A program made the position numbers and the translations under genes. From Eledone cirrhosa (lineage: Eukaryota), in assembly GCA_964016885.1 (NCBI GenBank), contig OZ024764.1:23994001-24058000 (forward strand): a DNA stretch of 64,000 bases, read 5' to 3'. This document shows, in pieces, positions 27,212 to 41,254 of the stretch (its first letter is position 1; every line of letters begins with the position of its first letter). The notes beneath the pieces are model-generated. The model had not been told where the DNA came from. It saw nothing but the letters and a program-made list of their open reading frames with translations, and did no database searches.

Positions 27212-30200
27212 AAACCTAGTCAGTAGGCACCTCTTATCCAAATATACACCCCACCACAAACCCCCCACTCCATCCTCCTATTTCCATCCACTGTAAAGTA
27301 GTTGTGTCAGTGACACGACAAACAGCACCCAGTCCACTCTGTAAAGTGGTCATGTAGGTGTCACAACAAACACCACCCAGTCGAGACTGTAAAGTGGTCA
27401 TGTAGGTGTGACAACAAAAAGTAGCCAGTCCACACTGTAAAGTGGTCATGTAGGTGTCACAACAAAAAGTACCCAGTCCACACTGTAAAGTGGTCATGTA
27501 GGTGTCACAACAAAAAGTACCCAGTCCACACTGTAAAGTGGTCATGTAGGTGTCACAACAAAAAGTACCCAGTCCACACTGTAAAGTGGTCATGTAGGTG
27601 TCACAACAAAAAGTACCCAGTCCACACTGTAAAGTGGTCATGTAGGTGTCACAACAAAAAGTACCCAGTCCACACTGTAAAGTAGTAATGTAGGTGTCAC
27701 AACAAAAAGCACCCAGTCCACACTGTAAAGTGGTCATGTAGGTGTCACAACAAACAGCACCCAGTCCACACTGTAAAGTGGTCATGTAGGTGTCACAACA
27801 AAAAGTACCCAGTCCACACTGTAAAGTGGTCATGTAGGTGTCACAACAAAAAGTACCCAGTCCACACTGTAAAGTGGTCATGTAGGTGTCACAACAAAAA
27901 GTACCCAGTCCACACTGTAAAGTGGTCATGTAGGTGTCACAACAAAAAGTACCCAGTCCACACTGTAAAGTGGTCCTGTAGGTGTCACAACAAACAGCAC
28001 CCAGTCCAGACTTTAAAGTGGTCATGTAGGTGTCACAACAAACAGCACTCAGTCCAGACTTTAAAGTGGTCATGTAGCTGTCACAACAAACAGCACCCAG
28101 TCCACACTGTAAAGTGGTCATGTAGGTGTCACAACAAAAAGTACCCAGTCCAGACTTTAAAGTGGTCATGTAGGTGTCACAACAAACAACACCCAGTACA
28201 CACTGTAAAGTGGTCATGTAGGTGTCACAACAAAAAGTAGCCAGTCCACACTGTAAAGTGGTCATGTAGGTGTCACAACAAAAAGTACCCAGTCCACACT
28301 GTAAAGTGGTCATGTAGGTGTCACAACAAACAACACCCAGTACACACTGTAAAGTGGTCATGTAGGTGTCACAACAAAAAGTACCCAGTCCACACTGTAA
28401 AGTGGTCATGTAGGTGTCACAACAAACAGCACCCAGTCCAGACTTTAAAGTGGTCATGTAGGTGTCACAACAAACAGCACTCAGTCCAGACTTTAAAGTG
28501 GTCATGTAGCTGTCACAACAAACAGCACCCAGTCCACACTGTAAAGTGGTCATGTAGGTGTCACAACAAAAAGTACCCAGTCCAGACTTTAAAGTGGTCA
28601 TGTAGGTGTCACAACAAACAACACCCAGTACACACTGTAAAGTGGTCATGTAGGTGTCACAACAAAAAGTAGCCAGTCCACACTGTAAAGTGGTCATGTA
28701 GGTGTCACAACAAAAAGTACCCAGTCCACACTGTAAAGTGGTCATGTAGGTGTCACAACAAACAACACCCAGTACACACTGTAAAGTGGTCATGTAGGTG
28801 TCACAACAAAAAGTACCCAGTCCACACTGTAAAGTGGTCATGTAGGTGTCACAACAAAAAGTACTCAGTCCACACTGTAAAGTGGTCATGAAGGTGTCAC
28901 GACATAAAGTGCCCAGTCCACACTGTAAAGTGGTCATGAAGGTGTCATGACAAACACCACCCAGTCCACATTGTAAAGAGTTTATGTAGGTGTCACAACA
29001 AAAAGTACCCAGTCCACACTGTAAAGTGGTCATGTAGGTGTCACAACAAAAAGTACCCAGTCCACACTGTAAAGTGATCATGTAGGTGTCACAACAAAAA
29101 GCACCTAGTCCACACTGTAAAGTGGTCATGTAGGTGTCACAACAAAAAGTAGCCAGCCCACACTGTAAAGTGGTCATGTAGGTGTCACAACAAAAAGTAC
29201 CCAGTCCACACTGTAAAGTGGTCATGTAGGTGTCACAACAAAAAGTAGCCAGTCCACACTGTAAAGTGGTCATGTAGGTGTCACAACAAAAAGTACCCAG
29301 TCCACACTGTAAAGTGGTCATGTAGGTGTCACAACAAAAAGTACCCAGTCCACACTGTAAAGTAGTAATGTAGGTGTCACAACAAAAATCACCCAGTCCA
29401 CACTGTAAAGTGATCATGTAGGTGTCACAATAAAAAGCACCCAGTCCACACTGTAAAGTGGTCATGTAGGTGTCACAACAAAAAGCACCCAGTCCACACT
29501 GTAAAGTGGTCATGTAGGTGTCACAACAAAAAGCACCCAGTCCACACTGTAAAGTGGTCATGTAGGTGTCACAACAAAAAGTAGCCAGTCCACACTGTAA
29601 AGTGGTCATGTAGGTGTCACAACGAAAAGCACCCAGTCCACACTGTAAAGTGGTCATGTAGGTGTCACAACAAAAAGTACCCAGTCCACACTGTAAAGTG
29701 ATCATGTAGGTGTCACAACAAAAAGCACCTAGTCCACACTGTAAAGTGGTCATGTAGGTGTCACAACAAAAAGTAGCCAGCCCACACTGTAAAGTGGTCA
29801 TGTAGGTGTCACAACAAAAAGTACCCAGTCCACACTGTAAAGTGGTCATGTAGGTGTCACAACAAAAAGTAGCCAGTCCACACTGTAAAGTGGTCATGTA
29901 GGTGTCACAACAAAAAGTACCCAGTCCACACTGTAAAGTGGTCATGTAGGTGTCACAACAAAAAGTACCCAGTCCACACTGTAAAGTAGTAATGTAGGTG
30001 TCACAACAAAAATCACCCAGTCCACACTGTAAAGTGATCATGTAGGTGTCACAATAAAAAGCACCCAGTCCACACTGTAAAGTGGTCATGTAGGTGTCAC
30101 AACAAAAAGCACCCAGTCCACACTGTAAAGTGGTCATGTAGGTGTCACAACAAAAAGCACCCAGTCCACACTGTAAAGTGGTCATGTAGGTGTCACAACA

Positions 30201-31375
30201 AAAAGTAGCCAGTCCACACTGTAAAGTGGTCATGTAGGTGTCACAACGAAAAGCACCCAGTCCACACTGTAAAGTGGTCATGTAGGTGTCACAACAAAAA
30301 GTACCCAGTACACACTGTAAAGTGGTCATGTAGGTGTCACAACAAAAAGTACCCAGTCCACACTGTAAAGTGGTCATGTAGATGTCACAACAAAAAGTAC
30401 CCAGTCCACACTGTAAAGTGGTCATGTAGGTGTCACAACAAAAAGTACCTAGTCCACACTGTAAAGTGGTCATGTAGGTGACACAACAAATAGTACCCAG
30501 TCCACACTGTAAATGTGGTCATGTAGGTGTCACAACAAAAAGTACTCAGTCCACACTGTAAAGTGGTCATGTAGGTGTCACAACAAAAAGTACCCAGTCC
30601 ACACTGTAAAGTGGTCATGTAGATGTCACAACAAAAAGTACCCAGTCCACACTGTAAAGTGGTCATGTAGGTGTCACAACAAAAAGTACCCAGTCCACAC
30701 TGTAAAGTGGTCATGTAGGTGTCACAACAAAAAGTACTCAGTCCACACTGTAAAGTGGTCATGTAGGTGTCACAACAAAAAGTACCCAGTCCACACTGTA
30801 AAGTGGTCATGTAGGTGTCACAACAAAAAGTACCCAGTCCACACTGTAAATGTGGTCATGTAGGTGTCACAACAAAAAGTACCAAGTCCACACTGTAAAG
30901 TGGTCATGTAGATGTCACAACAAAAAGTACCCAGTCCACACTGTAAAGTGGTCATGTAGGTGTCACAACAAAAAGGTACCCAGTCCACACTGTAAAGTGG
31001 TCATGTAGGTGTCACGACAAACAACACCCAGTCCACACTGTAAAGTGGTCATGTATGTGTCACAACAAACAACACCCAGTCCACACTGTAAAGTGGTCAT
31101 GTAGGTGTCACGACAAACAACACCCAGTCCACACTGTAAAGTGGTCATGTAGGTGTCACAACAAAAAGTACCCAGTCTACACTGTAAAGTGGTCATGTAG
31201 CTGTCACAACAAACAGCACCCAGTCCACACTGTAAAGTGGTCATGTAGGTGTCACAACAAACAGCACCCAGTCCAGACTGTAAAGTGGTCATGTAGGTGT
31301 CACAACAAAAAGCACCCAGTCCACACTGCAAAGTGGTTGGTGTTAGAAAGGGCATCCGGCCATAACAGAAAACCT
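27212..31375 (+). mobile_element. RTE LINE 3' UTR fragment with an internal 48-bp minisatellite expanded to ~84 copies (27290-31340)
   Basis: Left flank AGTCAGTAGGCACCTCTT..AAATATACACCCC and right flank GTGGTTGGTGTTAGRAAGGGCATCC match the RTE 3' UTR at 17619-17860. Confidence 0.9.
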
Positions 31376-31637
31376 GTAATGCTTTAGCAGAGTATATCTA
31401 AAATTAGTTTTGTTAATTCAAAAGTTTATAATATCTCTATTGGTAGACAGATTATTGTGAACATTTACAGTATTAGAGTAAAGACTTTAAATTTTCATAA
31501 GATGCAGCCATTTCTTCTAAATCTTACATCCAGGTGGTTGTTATAATTTAGCAGAAAATATGTAAAAACATGTTTGTTAATTCAAATGTTTGTAGTATCT
31601 TTTCTAGTGGACATATTGATGAGAATATTTGACATAC

Positions 31638-31797
31638 CTTTTCTTCGTGATTTGAGGTTTGTACATTGGAGTATTTTCACGTGTAGCTCATTGACATTGC
31701 CCTCTGGTCGTTGGTCAGCCATACTGTCCAGAGCCTTGAGGGCCTGTTTAGCTGACTGGTTATTGGAAGTTATGTAACCGAGCGCCTTCATTCTTTC
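31638..31797 (-). CDS. RPGRIP1L: RPGRIP1L-like exon; linker and start of second C2 domain
   Basis: cattgaccag|GAAAGA...GAAAAG|gtatgt; ERMKALGYITSNNQ...EGNVNELHVKILQCTNLKSRRK (family ERAKALGYITSN, NELHI); 160 nt. Confidence 0.93.
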
Positions 31798-31824
31798 CTG
31801 GTCAATGAGAGAATGGTAGGAAAC

Positions 31825-32275
31825 TGTAGTGGTGGTGTGGTGGTGTTGTGGTGGTGGTGGTGTGGTGGTGTTAGGGTAGTAGGGGTGGTGGTGGTGCTGG
31901 TAGTGGTGTGGTGGTGGTGGTAGTGGTGTGGTGGTGTGGTGGTGGTGTGGTGTAGTGGTGGTGGTGGTGGTGTTAGGGTAGTAGGGGTGGTGGTGATGGT
32001 GTGGTGGTGGTGTGGTGGTGGTGGGGTGGTGGTGGTGATGGTGTGGTAGTAGTGGTGGTAGTAGTGGTGGTAGTAGTGGTGGTGGTGGTGGTGTGGTAGT
32101 AGTGGTGGTAGTAGTGGTGGTGGTGGTGTGGTAGTAGTGGTGGTGGTGGTGTGGTAGTAGTGGTGGTAGTAGTGGTGGTGGTGGTGTGGTAGTAGTGGTG
32201 GTGGTGTGGTAGTAGTAGTAGTAGTAGTGGTGGTGGTGTGGTGTGGTGTGGTGGTGGTGTGGTGGTGGTGGTGTG
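31825..32275. repeat. (GGT/AGT)n microsatellite filling a short intron
   Basis: Direct reading. Confidence 0.93.
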
Positions 32276-32292
32276 TTATATAAATGTGTTAC

Positions 32293-32387
32293 CTTATACA
32301 AGCGTACGGCCTGTTCCATTGGTAGACGTAGGGTGATCCAGTACTCCACACTGCCAAACTTCAACTCAGAGTTTGTAGCTTCAATAC
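32293..32387 (-). CDS. RPGRIP1L: RPGRIP1L-like exon; end of first C2 domain
   Basis: tatgccag|GTATTG...TATAAG|gtaaca; IEATNSELKFGSVEYWITLRLPMEQAVRLYK (family FGTVEYW.RLRVPMDQA.RLY); 95 nt. Confidence 0.93.
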
Positions 32388-32415
32388 CTGGCATACAATA
32401 CAGAAGACCACCATC

Positions 32416-33337
32416 ATGATATGTGTGATATATGTGATATATGTGATATATGTGATATATGTGTGATATGTGTGATATGTGTGATATGTGTGTGATATGT
32501 GTGATATGTGTGATATGTGTGATATGTGTGATATGTGTGATATGTGTGTGATATGTGTGATATGTGTGATATGTGTGATATGTGTGATATGTGTGATATG
32601 TGTGATATGTGTGATATGTGTGATATATGTGATATGTGTGATATGTGTGTGATATGTGTGATATGTGTGATATGTGTGATATGTGTGATATGTGTGATAT
32701 GTGTGATATGTGTGATATATGTGATATGTGTGATATGTGTGTGATATGTGTGATATGTGTGATATGTGTGATATGTGTGATATGTGTGATATGTGTGATA
32801 TATGTGATATATGTGATATGTGTGTGATATGTGTGATATGTGTGATGTGTGTGATGTGTGTGATATATGTGATATGTGTGATATATGTGATATGTGTGAT
32901 ATATGTGATATGTGTGATGTGTGTGATATGTGTGATATATGTGATATGTGTGATATGTGTGATATGTGTGATATATGTGATATGTGTGATATGTGTGTGA
33001 TATGTGTGATATGTGTGATGTGTGTGATATGTGTGATATATGTGATATGTGTGATATGTGTGATATATGTGATATGTGTGATATGTGTGTGATATGTGTG
33101 ATATGTGTGATATGTGTGATATGTGTGATATATGTGATATGTGTGATATATGTGATATGTGTGATATGTGTGTGATATGTGTGATATATGTGATATATGT
33201 GATATGTGTGATATGTGTGTGATATGTGTGATATGTGTGATATATGTGATATGTGTGATATATGTGATATGTGTGATATGTGTGTGATATGTGTGATATG
33301 TGTGATATATGTGATATGTGTGATATATGTGATATAT
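32416..33337. repeat. 9-bp (GATATGTGT)n minisatellite
   Basis: Direct reading. Confidence 0.95.
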
Positions 33338-33449
33338 GTATATGGATGCAAGTAAATATATATCACTGTCATGATATATCCATGTATATATATATATATA
33401 CATATCTATATAGATATGTATATATATATATGTATATATATACATATAT

Positions 33450-34406
33450 ATATATATAAAGTTGTATTCCTGTCTGTTTGTTTGTTAATGAACTCCTCCT
33501 ATGGTTTTGGAGATAGACCCCCATAACCATATATATTCTGAAACTACATTGCCTAGGGTACTTGGATAAGTATATTTCATTTTATTCAAAGGGTTCCCCG
33601 GGACTACAAACCCCCGCCGAACATTTTTTCCCTCTGATTTATATGAAATTTAAACCATAGGTAAATGACAAGATTTGATGCCTATTCACAAAATTTCAGC
33701 AAATTTCAATAATAGTAAGACACCCCAATGGGGGTTAAACCCCCTATAGTGAAAATTTTGGCCAATAAATGGAACAAGATGTGTTGTAACAAGATTGCAT
33801 GAGAACTTGATTGAAGCAACCATTTTATTCGGGGCTTACAAAGGTCAAGCTCTTCTCATTCCTAGGATTCCACTTATACCAAGTGATAGCGAGTTGCCTT
33901 TTACATTTAAGAGGCTGCAGTTCCCAGTGAGGCCATGCTTTGCCATGAGCATCAATAAGAGTCAAGGTCAAACTTTCAAAACTATTGGTATAGATCTGAC
34001 AAACCCATGTTTCAGTCATGGCATGTTTTATGTGGCTGTTTCAAGGACAGGAACTTCAAAAAATCTCTACATTTTAGCCAACCAAAGAAAGACAAGAAAT
34101 GTTGTTTACTCTGAAGTTCTTCATTTGGACAAAGTATGAAATATATTTTCATGTATTTATTATGTTAAAAAATAAATAATTAAACCTTGAATTTCTAATT
34201 TGAAAATAATGCTTTACACAAAAATTTACAAGAAACAAAATAAGAATAAGATTTAATAATGTAATTTTGATTTGATATATTACATTTTACATTGAGTAAT
34301 ATTGAAATGCAGAGATTTTCTCCATAACTTATATCACTGATTTAAAATCAATCATTTTCTTACGAAAAATGTGTGAAACGCAACAAGGCGTGGGTAATTT
34401 GGCTAG
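33450..34406 (+). mobile_element. Non-autonomous Helitron with PIF1-family helicase C-terminal remnant (33795-34139)
   Basis: LIPRIPLIPSD..LPFTFKRLQFPVRPCFAMSINKSQGQT..GIDL..PCFSHG.FYVAVSR; 3' terminus CTAG followed by T, with a short GC-richer stretch just upstream. Confidence 0.9.
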
Positions 34407-34753
34407 TTTATATATATATATATATGTATATCACTGTCATGATATATATATATGTATATTATGTTGGTACTACAAAACATCCAGTCCACACTGTAAAGTA
34501 GTCATGTAAGTGTCACAACAAAAAACACCCAGTCCAAACTGTAAAGTGGTCATGTAGGTGTCACGACAAAAAGTACTAGGAGAAGGCAACTCAGGAAAGC
34601 CTGCGGCTCAGTAGTTACCGATGATGTTGATCTTTTCTTCTTTTCAGGTTATAGCTACTGTCGCTCAGAGAGTGGGATTGGCTCAGTGCACAGTCTTTCC
34701 TCACTTTAAAAATAATCTTCACGCACAGGCATTGCACGATAGAATTAATTGAT

Positions 34754-35203
34754 ACACTTACACCTCTCCAAGACAATGTCACTGGACCGAGGTCTTTGGC
34801 GCTACACAGTAATACAGAAGACCCGCCTTGCCTAAGTACAAAGTGAAACCTACAGTCAGTAGGCACCTCTAACAAAATACACCCCCGTCCCACTACCCCC
34901 ACCCCATCCACACCACCCCCTTAAATATGAAGTTAAGTTGGTACAACAACATCCAGTCCGAAACAAATGAGGTCGTGTAGGTGTCATGACAAAAAAAACA
35001 CACAGTCCACGCTGTAATGTGGCCGTGTAGGTAACACGGTAAAAACCTCCCAGTTCCACACTGTAAATGTGGTTGGTGTTAGGAAGGGCATCCAGCCATA
35101 GAAAACCTGCCAGCCAGTCCTATACGAGCAGGACAACCACTCTTGCCTCAGATGGGAAAACTCCCGTCCAAACCCATGCAAGCGTGGAAGATGGACGTTA
35201 AAC

Positions 35204-35233
<30 letters not shown>
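34754..35233 (+). mobile_element. RTE LINE 3' end
   Basis: Matches 17518-17985; (GAT)n tail. Confidence 0.9.
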
Positions 35234-35234
<1 letters not shown>

Positions 35235-35241
35235 ATTAATA

Positions 35242-35428
35242 ATTGTTTCTACTTTAGGCACAAGGCCAGCAATTACCCAGTGCATTACTGGTACTTTATT
35301 TTATCGACCCCGTAAGGATGAAAGGCAAAGTCAACCTCGGCGGGATTTGAACTCAGATCGTAAAGGGACGTAACTATGCTGGAAAGCATGGCGTCCGACC
35401 CTCTACCGATACTGCCAATCCACCGCCT
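35242..35428 (-). mobile_element. SINE (second family), complete, with a single head unit
   Basis: Reverse complement of 20101-20282. Confidence 0.85.
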
Positions 35429-35526
35429 TTAATGTTATATCATGCCATGGCCATACTCAATAACGAGGGGGCAGCCATCATATATATATATACATATACA
35501 GAGAGAGAGAGTGAAGTAGGACAAAC

Positions 35527-35656
35527 CAATGAGAACGGCTGTGTTGTGTATTCTGCCTGGTGGATGGTCAAATAGGTGGCGAAAGTCCAGCTGGCAGGCA
35601 GCATGGGTCTTGTAACTTTGTCCAAGTGATTGTTGTAGTTCCAAGGTACAGCTGCC
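35527..35656 (-). CDS. RPGRIP1L: RPGRIP1L-like exon; first C2 domain
   Basis: catatgtag|GGCAGC...CTCATTG|gtttgt; GSCTLELQQSLGQSYKTHAACQLDFRHLFDHPPGRIHNTAVLI(G); 130 nt, ends in phase 1. Confidence 0.9.
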
Positions 35657-35702
35657 CTACATATGGGAGACAGATAGACAAGGTGAGATCTGGAAAGTTC
35701 CA

Positions 35703-35753
<51 letters not shown>

Positions 35754-35797
35754 TATACAATATTAACAAATGGAAACTATATTTATAAAACCATATC

Positions 35798-35862
35798 TAT
35801 TTTATTATACATATTTCAAGGACACCATGTTAAATTATGGTGTGCTTTCATCAGACAAAATA
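35798..35862 (-). ncRNA. Minimal hammerhead ribozyme within a solo copy (35761-35898) of the 26590 palindrome arm
   Basis: Minus strand TATTTTGT-CTGATGA-AAGcACACCATaatttaacATGGTGTcCTT-GAAA-TATGTA-TA-ATAAAATA; compensatory changes relative to 26824-26884. Confidence 0.85.
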
Positions 35863-36404
35863 CAATATATATCGGTTTTATAAATAAATATTGACATACC
35901 CTTACAAAGTGCAACCATTACTGTTGGAAGACTCCGGGATAGTGGAGTTGTTAACTTATATTAGTATTGGATATTTTAAAAAATATCCAATACTAATATT
36001 TCTGCCACACTTAATGCAGCAGTAAGGTGCACTGCACCCTCTGTCTGCATATATTATGCAACAATGCATAATCGGCACATGTGGCTTCATCAGCGAGTAA
36101 CGCCTAATCAATAACCAATCGATCGACAGAATCCAAACCCCAGCCCATGCCGGCCATGACTGTTTGTGACGGCCGACACAGTGAAGTGATTAGCGACTGG
36201 AATCTGATACGACTCTGTCCCCCGACCAGCTCCGATTTATAAACTTACGTGGTGGCGGGAGATTAGAAAACCAATATTTCCGTTCCCGTCAGAAGCCCTC
36301 AGCCAGCCTGTTTCACACACAACTTAATAAGAGGTGGATAGATGGCTGTTAGAAATAGCAGTCCACATCGTTGTATAATAGAATGGTAGCAGCTCTAGTC
36401 TCCA

Positions 36405-39400
36405 AGCCACACACACACATATATAGACATACACACAGCCACACAGCCACACACACACATCTATAGACATACACACAGCCACACAGCCACACACACACAT
36501 CTATAGACATACACACAGCCACACAGCCACACACACACATATATAGACATACACACAGCCACACACACACATATATAGACATACACACAGCCACACAGCC
36601 ACACACACACATATATATAGACATACACACACAGCCACACACACACATATATAGACATACACACAGCCACACACACACATATATATAGACATACACACAC
36701 AGCCACACACACACATATATAGACATACACACACAGCCACACACACACATATATATAGACATACACACACAGCCACACAGCCACATTCACACATATATAT
36801 AGACATACACACACAGCCACACATACACATATATAGACATACACACAGCCACACACACACACATATATAGACATACACACACAAGCCACACACACACATG
36901 TATATAGACATACACACACAGCCACATACACACACACACACATATATAGACATACACACAGCCACACACACACATATATATAGACATACACACAAAGCCA
37001 CACAGACACATATATATAGACATACACACACAGCCACATACACACACACACACATATATAGACATACACACAGCCACACACACACATATATATAGACATA
37101 CACACACAGCCACACAGACACATATATATAGACATACACACACAGCCACATACACACACACACACATATATAGACATACACACAGCCACACACACACATA
37201 TATATAGACATACACAGTCAGCCACACAGCCACACACACACACATATATAGACATACACACAGCCACACACACACATATATAGACATACACACACAGCCA
37301 CACACACGTATATAGACATACACACACAGCCACACACACACATATATATAGACATACTCACACAGCCACACAGCCACATTCACACCTATATAGACATACA
37401 CACACAGCCACACATATAGACATACACACACACACACACATATATAGACATACACACACACACACATATATAGACATACACACACACACATATATAGACA
37501 TACACACACACACACACACACACATATATAGACATACACACACAGCCACACATATATAGACATACACACATACACACATATATAGACATACACACACACA
37601 CACACAAATATAGACATACACACACAGCCACACATATATAGACATACACACACAGCCCCACATATATAGACATACACACACACACACATATATAGACATA
37701 CACACACATCCACACACATCCACACACATATAGACATACACACACACACACACATATATAGACATACACACACAGCCACACATATATAGACATATACACA
37801 CATACACACATATATAGACATACACACACAGCCACACACACACATAAATAGACATACACACACAGCCCACATATATAGACACACACACACAGACACACAT
37901 ATATAGACATACACACACAGCCACACATATATAAACATAGGCTTAGTGGTTAGAGCATTGGCCTTGCAATCAAAAGGTTGTGAGTTCAATTCTCAGACCG
38001 GGTGATGTGTTGTTTCCTTGAGCAAGGCACTTTATTTCACATTGCTCCAGTTTACTCAGCTGTAGAAATGAGATGATAGGGATTGGGGTCCCTATCATTC
38101 CACTGCAAAGTGGTCGTGGAGGTGCCACGGCAAAAAAGCACCCAGCACTCACTGTAAATGAGGTTGGTGTTAGGAAGGGCATCCAGCTGTAGAAATCAAG
38201 CCAGAATCAGTTCCCGTCCCACCCTTGCAAGCAGGGAAAAGTGGACGTAAAATGAGATGATGATGATGATGATGACACATACACACATATATAGACATAC
38301 ACACACAGCCACACATATATAGACATACACATACACACACATATATAGACATACACACACAGCCACACATATATAGACATACACACACAGCCACACATAT
38401 ATAGACATACACACACATACACACATATATAGACATACACATACACACACATATATAGACATACACACACAGCCACACTTATATAGACATACACACACAT
38501 ACACACATATATAGACACACACACACAGACACACATATATAGACATACACACACAGCCACACATATATAGACATACACACATACACACATATATAGACAT
38601 ACACACACAGCCACACATATATAGACATACACACACAGCCACACATATATAGACATACACACACAGCCACACATATATAGACATACACACACAGCCACAC
38701 ATATATAGACATACACACACATACACACATATATAGACATACACATACACACACATATATAGACATACACACACAGCCACACATATATAGACATACACAC
38801 ACAGCCACACTTATATAGACACACACACACAGACACACATATATAGACATACACACACATACACACATATATAGACATACACACACAGCCACACATATAT
38901 AGACATACACACACATACACACATATATAGACATACACACACATACACACATATATAGACATACACACACATACACACATATATAGACACACACACACAG
39001 ACACACATATATAGACATACACACACAGCCACACATATATAGACATACACACACAGCCACACACATATAGACATACACACACACACACACATATATAGAC
39101 ATACACACACTTACACACATATATAGACATACACACACATACACACATATATAGACATACACACACACACACACATATATAGACATACACACACATACAC
39201 ACATATATAGACATACACACACATACACACATATATAGACATACACACACATACACACATATATAGACATACACACACACACACACATATATAGACATAC
39301 ACACACAGCCACACATATATAGACATACACACACAGCCACACTTATATAGACATACACACACATACACACATATATAGACATACACACACTTACACACAT

Positions 39401-40972
39401 ATATAGACATACACACACATACACACATATATAGACATACACACACATACACACATATATAGACATACACACACATACACACATATATAGACATACACAC
39501 ACAGATATATAGACATACACACACATACACACATATATAGACATAAACACACATACACACATATATAGACATACACACACAGCCACACATATATAGACAT
39601 AAACACACATACACACATATATAGACATACACACACAGCCACACATATATAGACATACACACACAGCCACACACATATAGACATACACACACATACACAC
39701 ATATATAGACATACACACACAGCCACACACACACACATATATAGACACACACACACATACACACATATATAGACATACACACACAGCCACACATATATAG
39801 ACACACACACATACACATATATAGACATACACACACATACACACATATATAGACACACACACACAGCCACACATATATAGACATACACACACACATATAT
39901 AGACATACACACACAGCCACACATATATAGACACACACACACACACATATATAGACACACACACATACACACATATATAGACATACACACACAGCCACAC
40001 ATATATAGACATACACACACACACACACATATATAGACATACACACACAGCCACATATATATAGACATACACACACAGCCACACACATATAGACATACAC
40101 ACACACACACATATATAGACATACACACACAGCCACACACACACATATATAGACATACACACACAGCCACACATATATAGACATACACACACATACACAC
40201 ATATATAGACATACACACACATACACACATATATAGACATACACACACATACACACATATATAGACACACACACACAGCCACACACACATATATAGACAT
40301 ACACACACAGCCACACACACACATATATAGACACACACACACAGCCACACATATATAGAGATACACACACATACACACAGCCACACACACACATATATAG
40401 ACATACACACACAGCCACAGCCACATACACACATATATAGACATACACAGCCACACATATATAAACATACACACACAGCCCCACATACACACACAGCCCC
40501 ACATACACACACAGCCCCACATACACACACAGCACCACATACACACACAGCCCCACATACACACACATACACACACAGCCCCACATACACACACAGCACC
40601 ACATACACACACAGCCCCACATACACACACACACAGCCCCACATACACACACAGCCCCACATACACATACAGCCCCACATACACACACAGCCCCACATAC
40701 ACACACAGCCCCACATACACACACAGCCCCACATACACACACAGCCCCACATACACACACAGCCCCACATACACACACAGCCCCACATACACACACAGCC
40801 CCACATACACATACAGCCCCACATACACACACAGCCCCACATACACACACAGCCCCACATACACACACAGCCCCACATACACACACAGCCCCACATACAC
40901 ATACATACACACACAGCCCCACATACACACACAGCCCCACATACACATACACACACACACACACAGCCACAC
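36405..40972. repeat. Long CA-rich compound micro/minisatellite (ATATAGACATACACACACAGCCACAC variants), interrupted by a SINE
   Basis: Direct reading. Confidence 0.95.
37940..38275 (+). mobile_element. CORE-type SINE with RTE tail
   Basis: Near-identical to 13862-14202. Confidence 0.88.
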
Positions 40973-41104
40973 GGGGCCATAAAAGATCTCTTGTAAGACA
41001 CCAACTAAAATCCCCCCACCCCGCCCCCTCCGGAAAAAAAAAGGGGGCTGGAATGAGAGAGAGGTAAATATGGGGAGAGACGGGAGTAGAATGTGAAGCC
41101 CTAC

Positions 41105-41174
41105 CTTCTGGATGTAGTGAAGGAAGAAGTCATCAACGGTGATCACATACTGCGAGGTGAAGTCAAAGACGGGA
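41105..41174 (-). CDS. RPGRIP1L: RPGRIP1L-like exon; first C2 domain
   Basis: cctggaaag|TCCCGTC...CAGAAG|gtaggg; (A)PVFDFTSQYVITVDDFFLHYIQK; 70 nt, phase 2 to 0; the acceptor is a weak AAG but is the nearest AG and gives the right phase. Confidence 0.88.
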
Positions 41175-41254
41175 CTTTCCAGGAGGAATAAGGTTCCGCA
41201 GTCGACACAAGAGAAATAAAGAGACAAACAGACAGATATGGTTATTTTATATTG

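Noticed and set aside
27234-30473. 1079-aa Cys-rich ORF (MTTLQCGLGTFCCDTY)n
   Set aside because: Stop-free frame of a 48-bp LINE-UTR minisatellite inside an intron; frameshifts further along the array; no gene context
33795-34139. Host PIF1 helicase gene
   Set aside because: Only a C-terminal fragment, bounded by Helitron ends that are shared with a second copy at 63475
36060-36100. Minus-strand CTGATGA followed by a weak hairpin
   Set aside because: No GAAA core or stem I partner; at best a decayed hammerhead
36349-41227. Long Cys/Val/Tyr ORFs, including the 1006-aa one
   Set aside because: Microsatellite translation; only 41105-41174 is real exon
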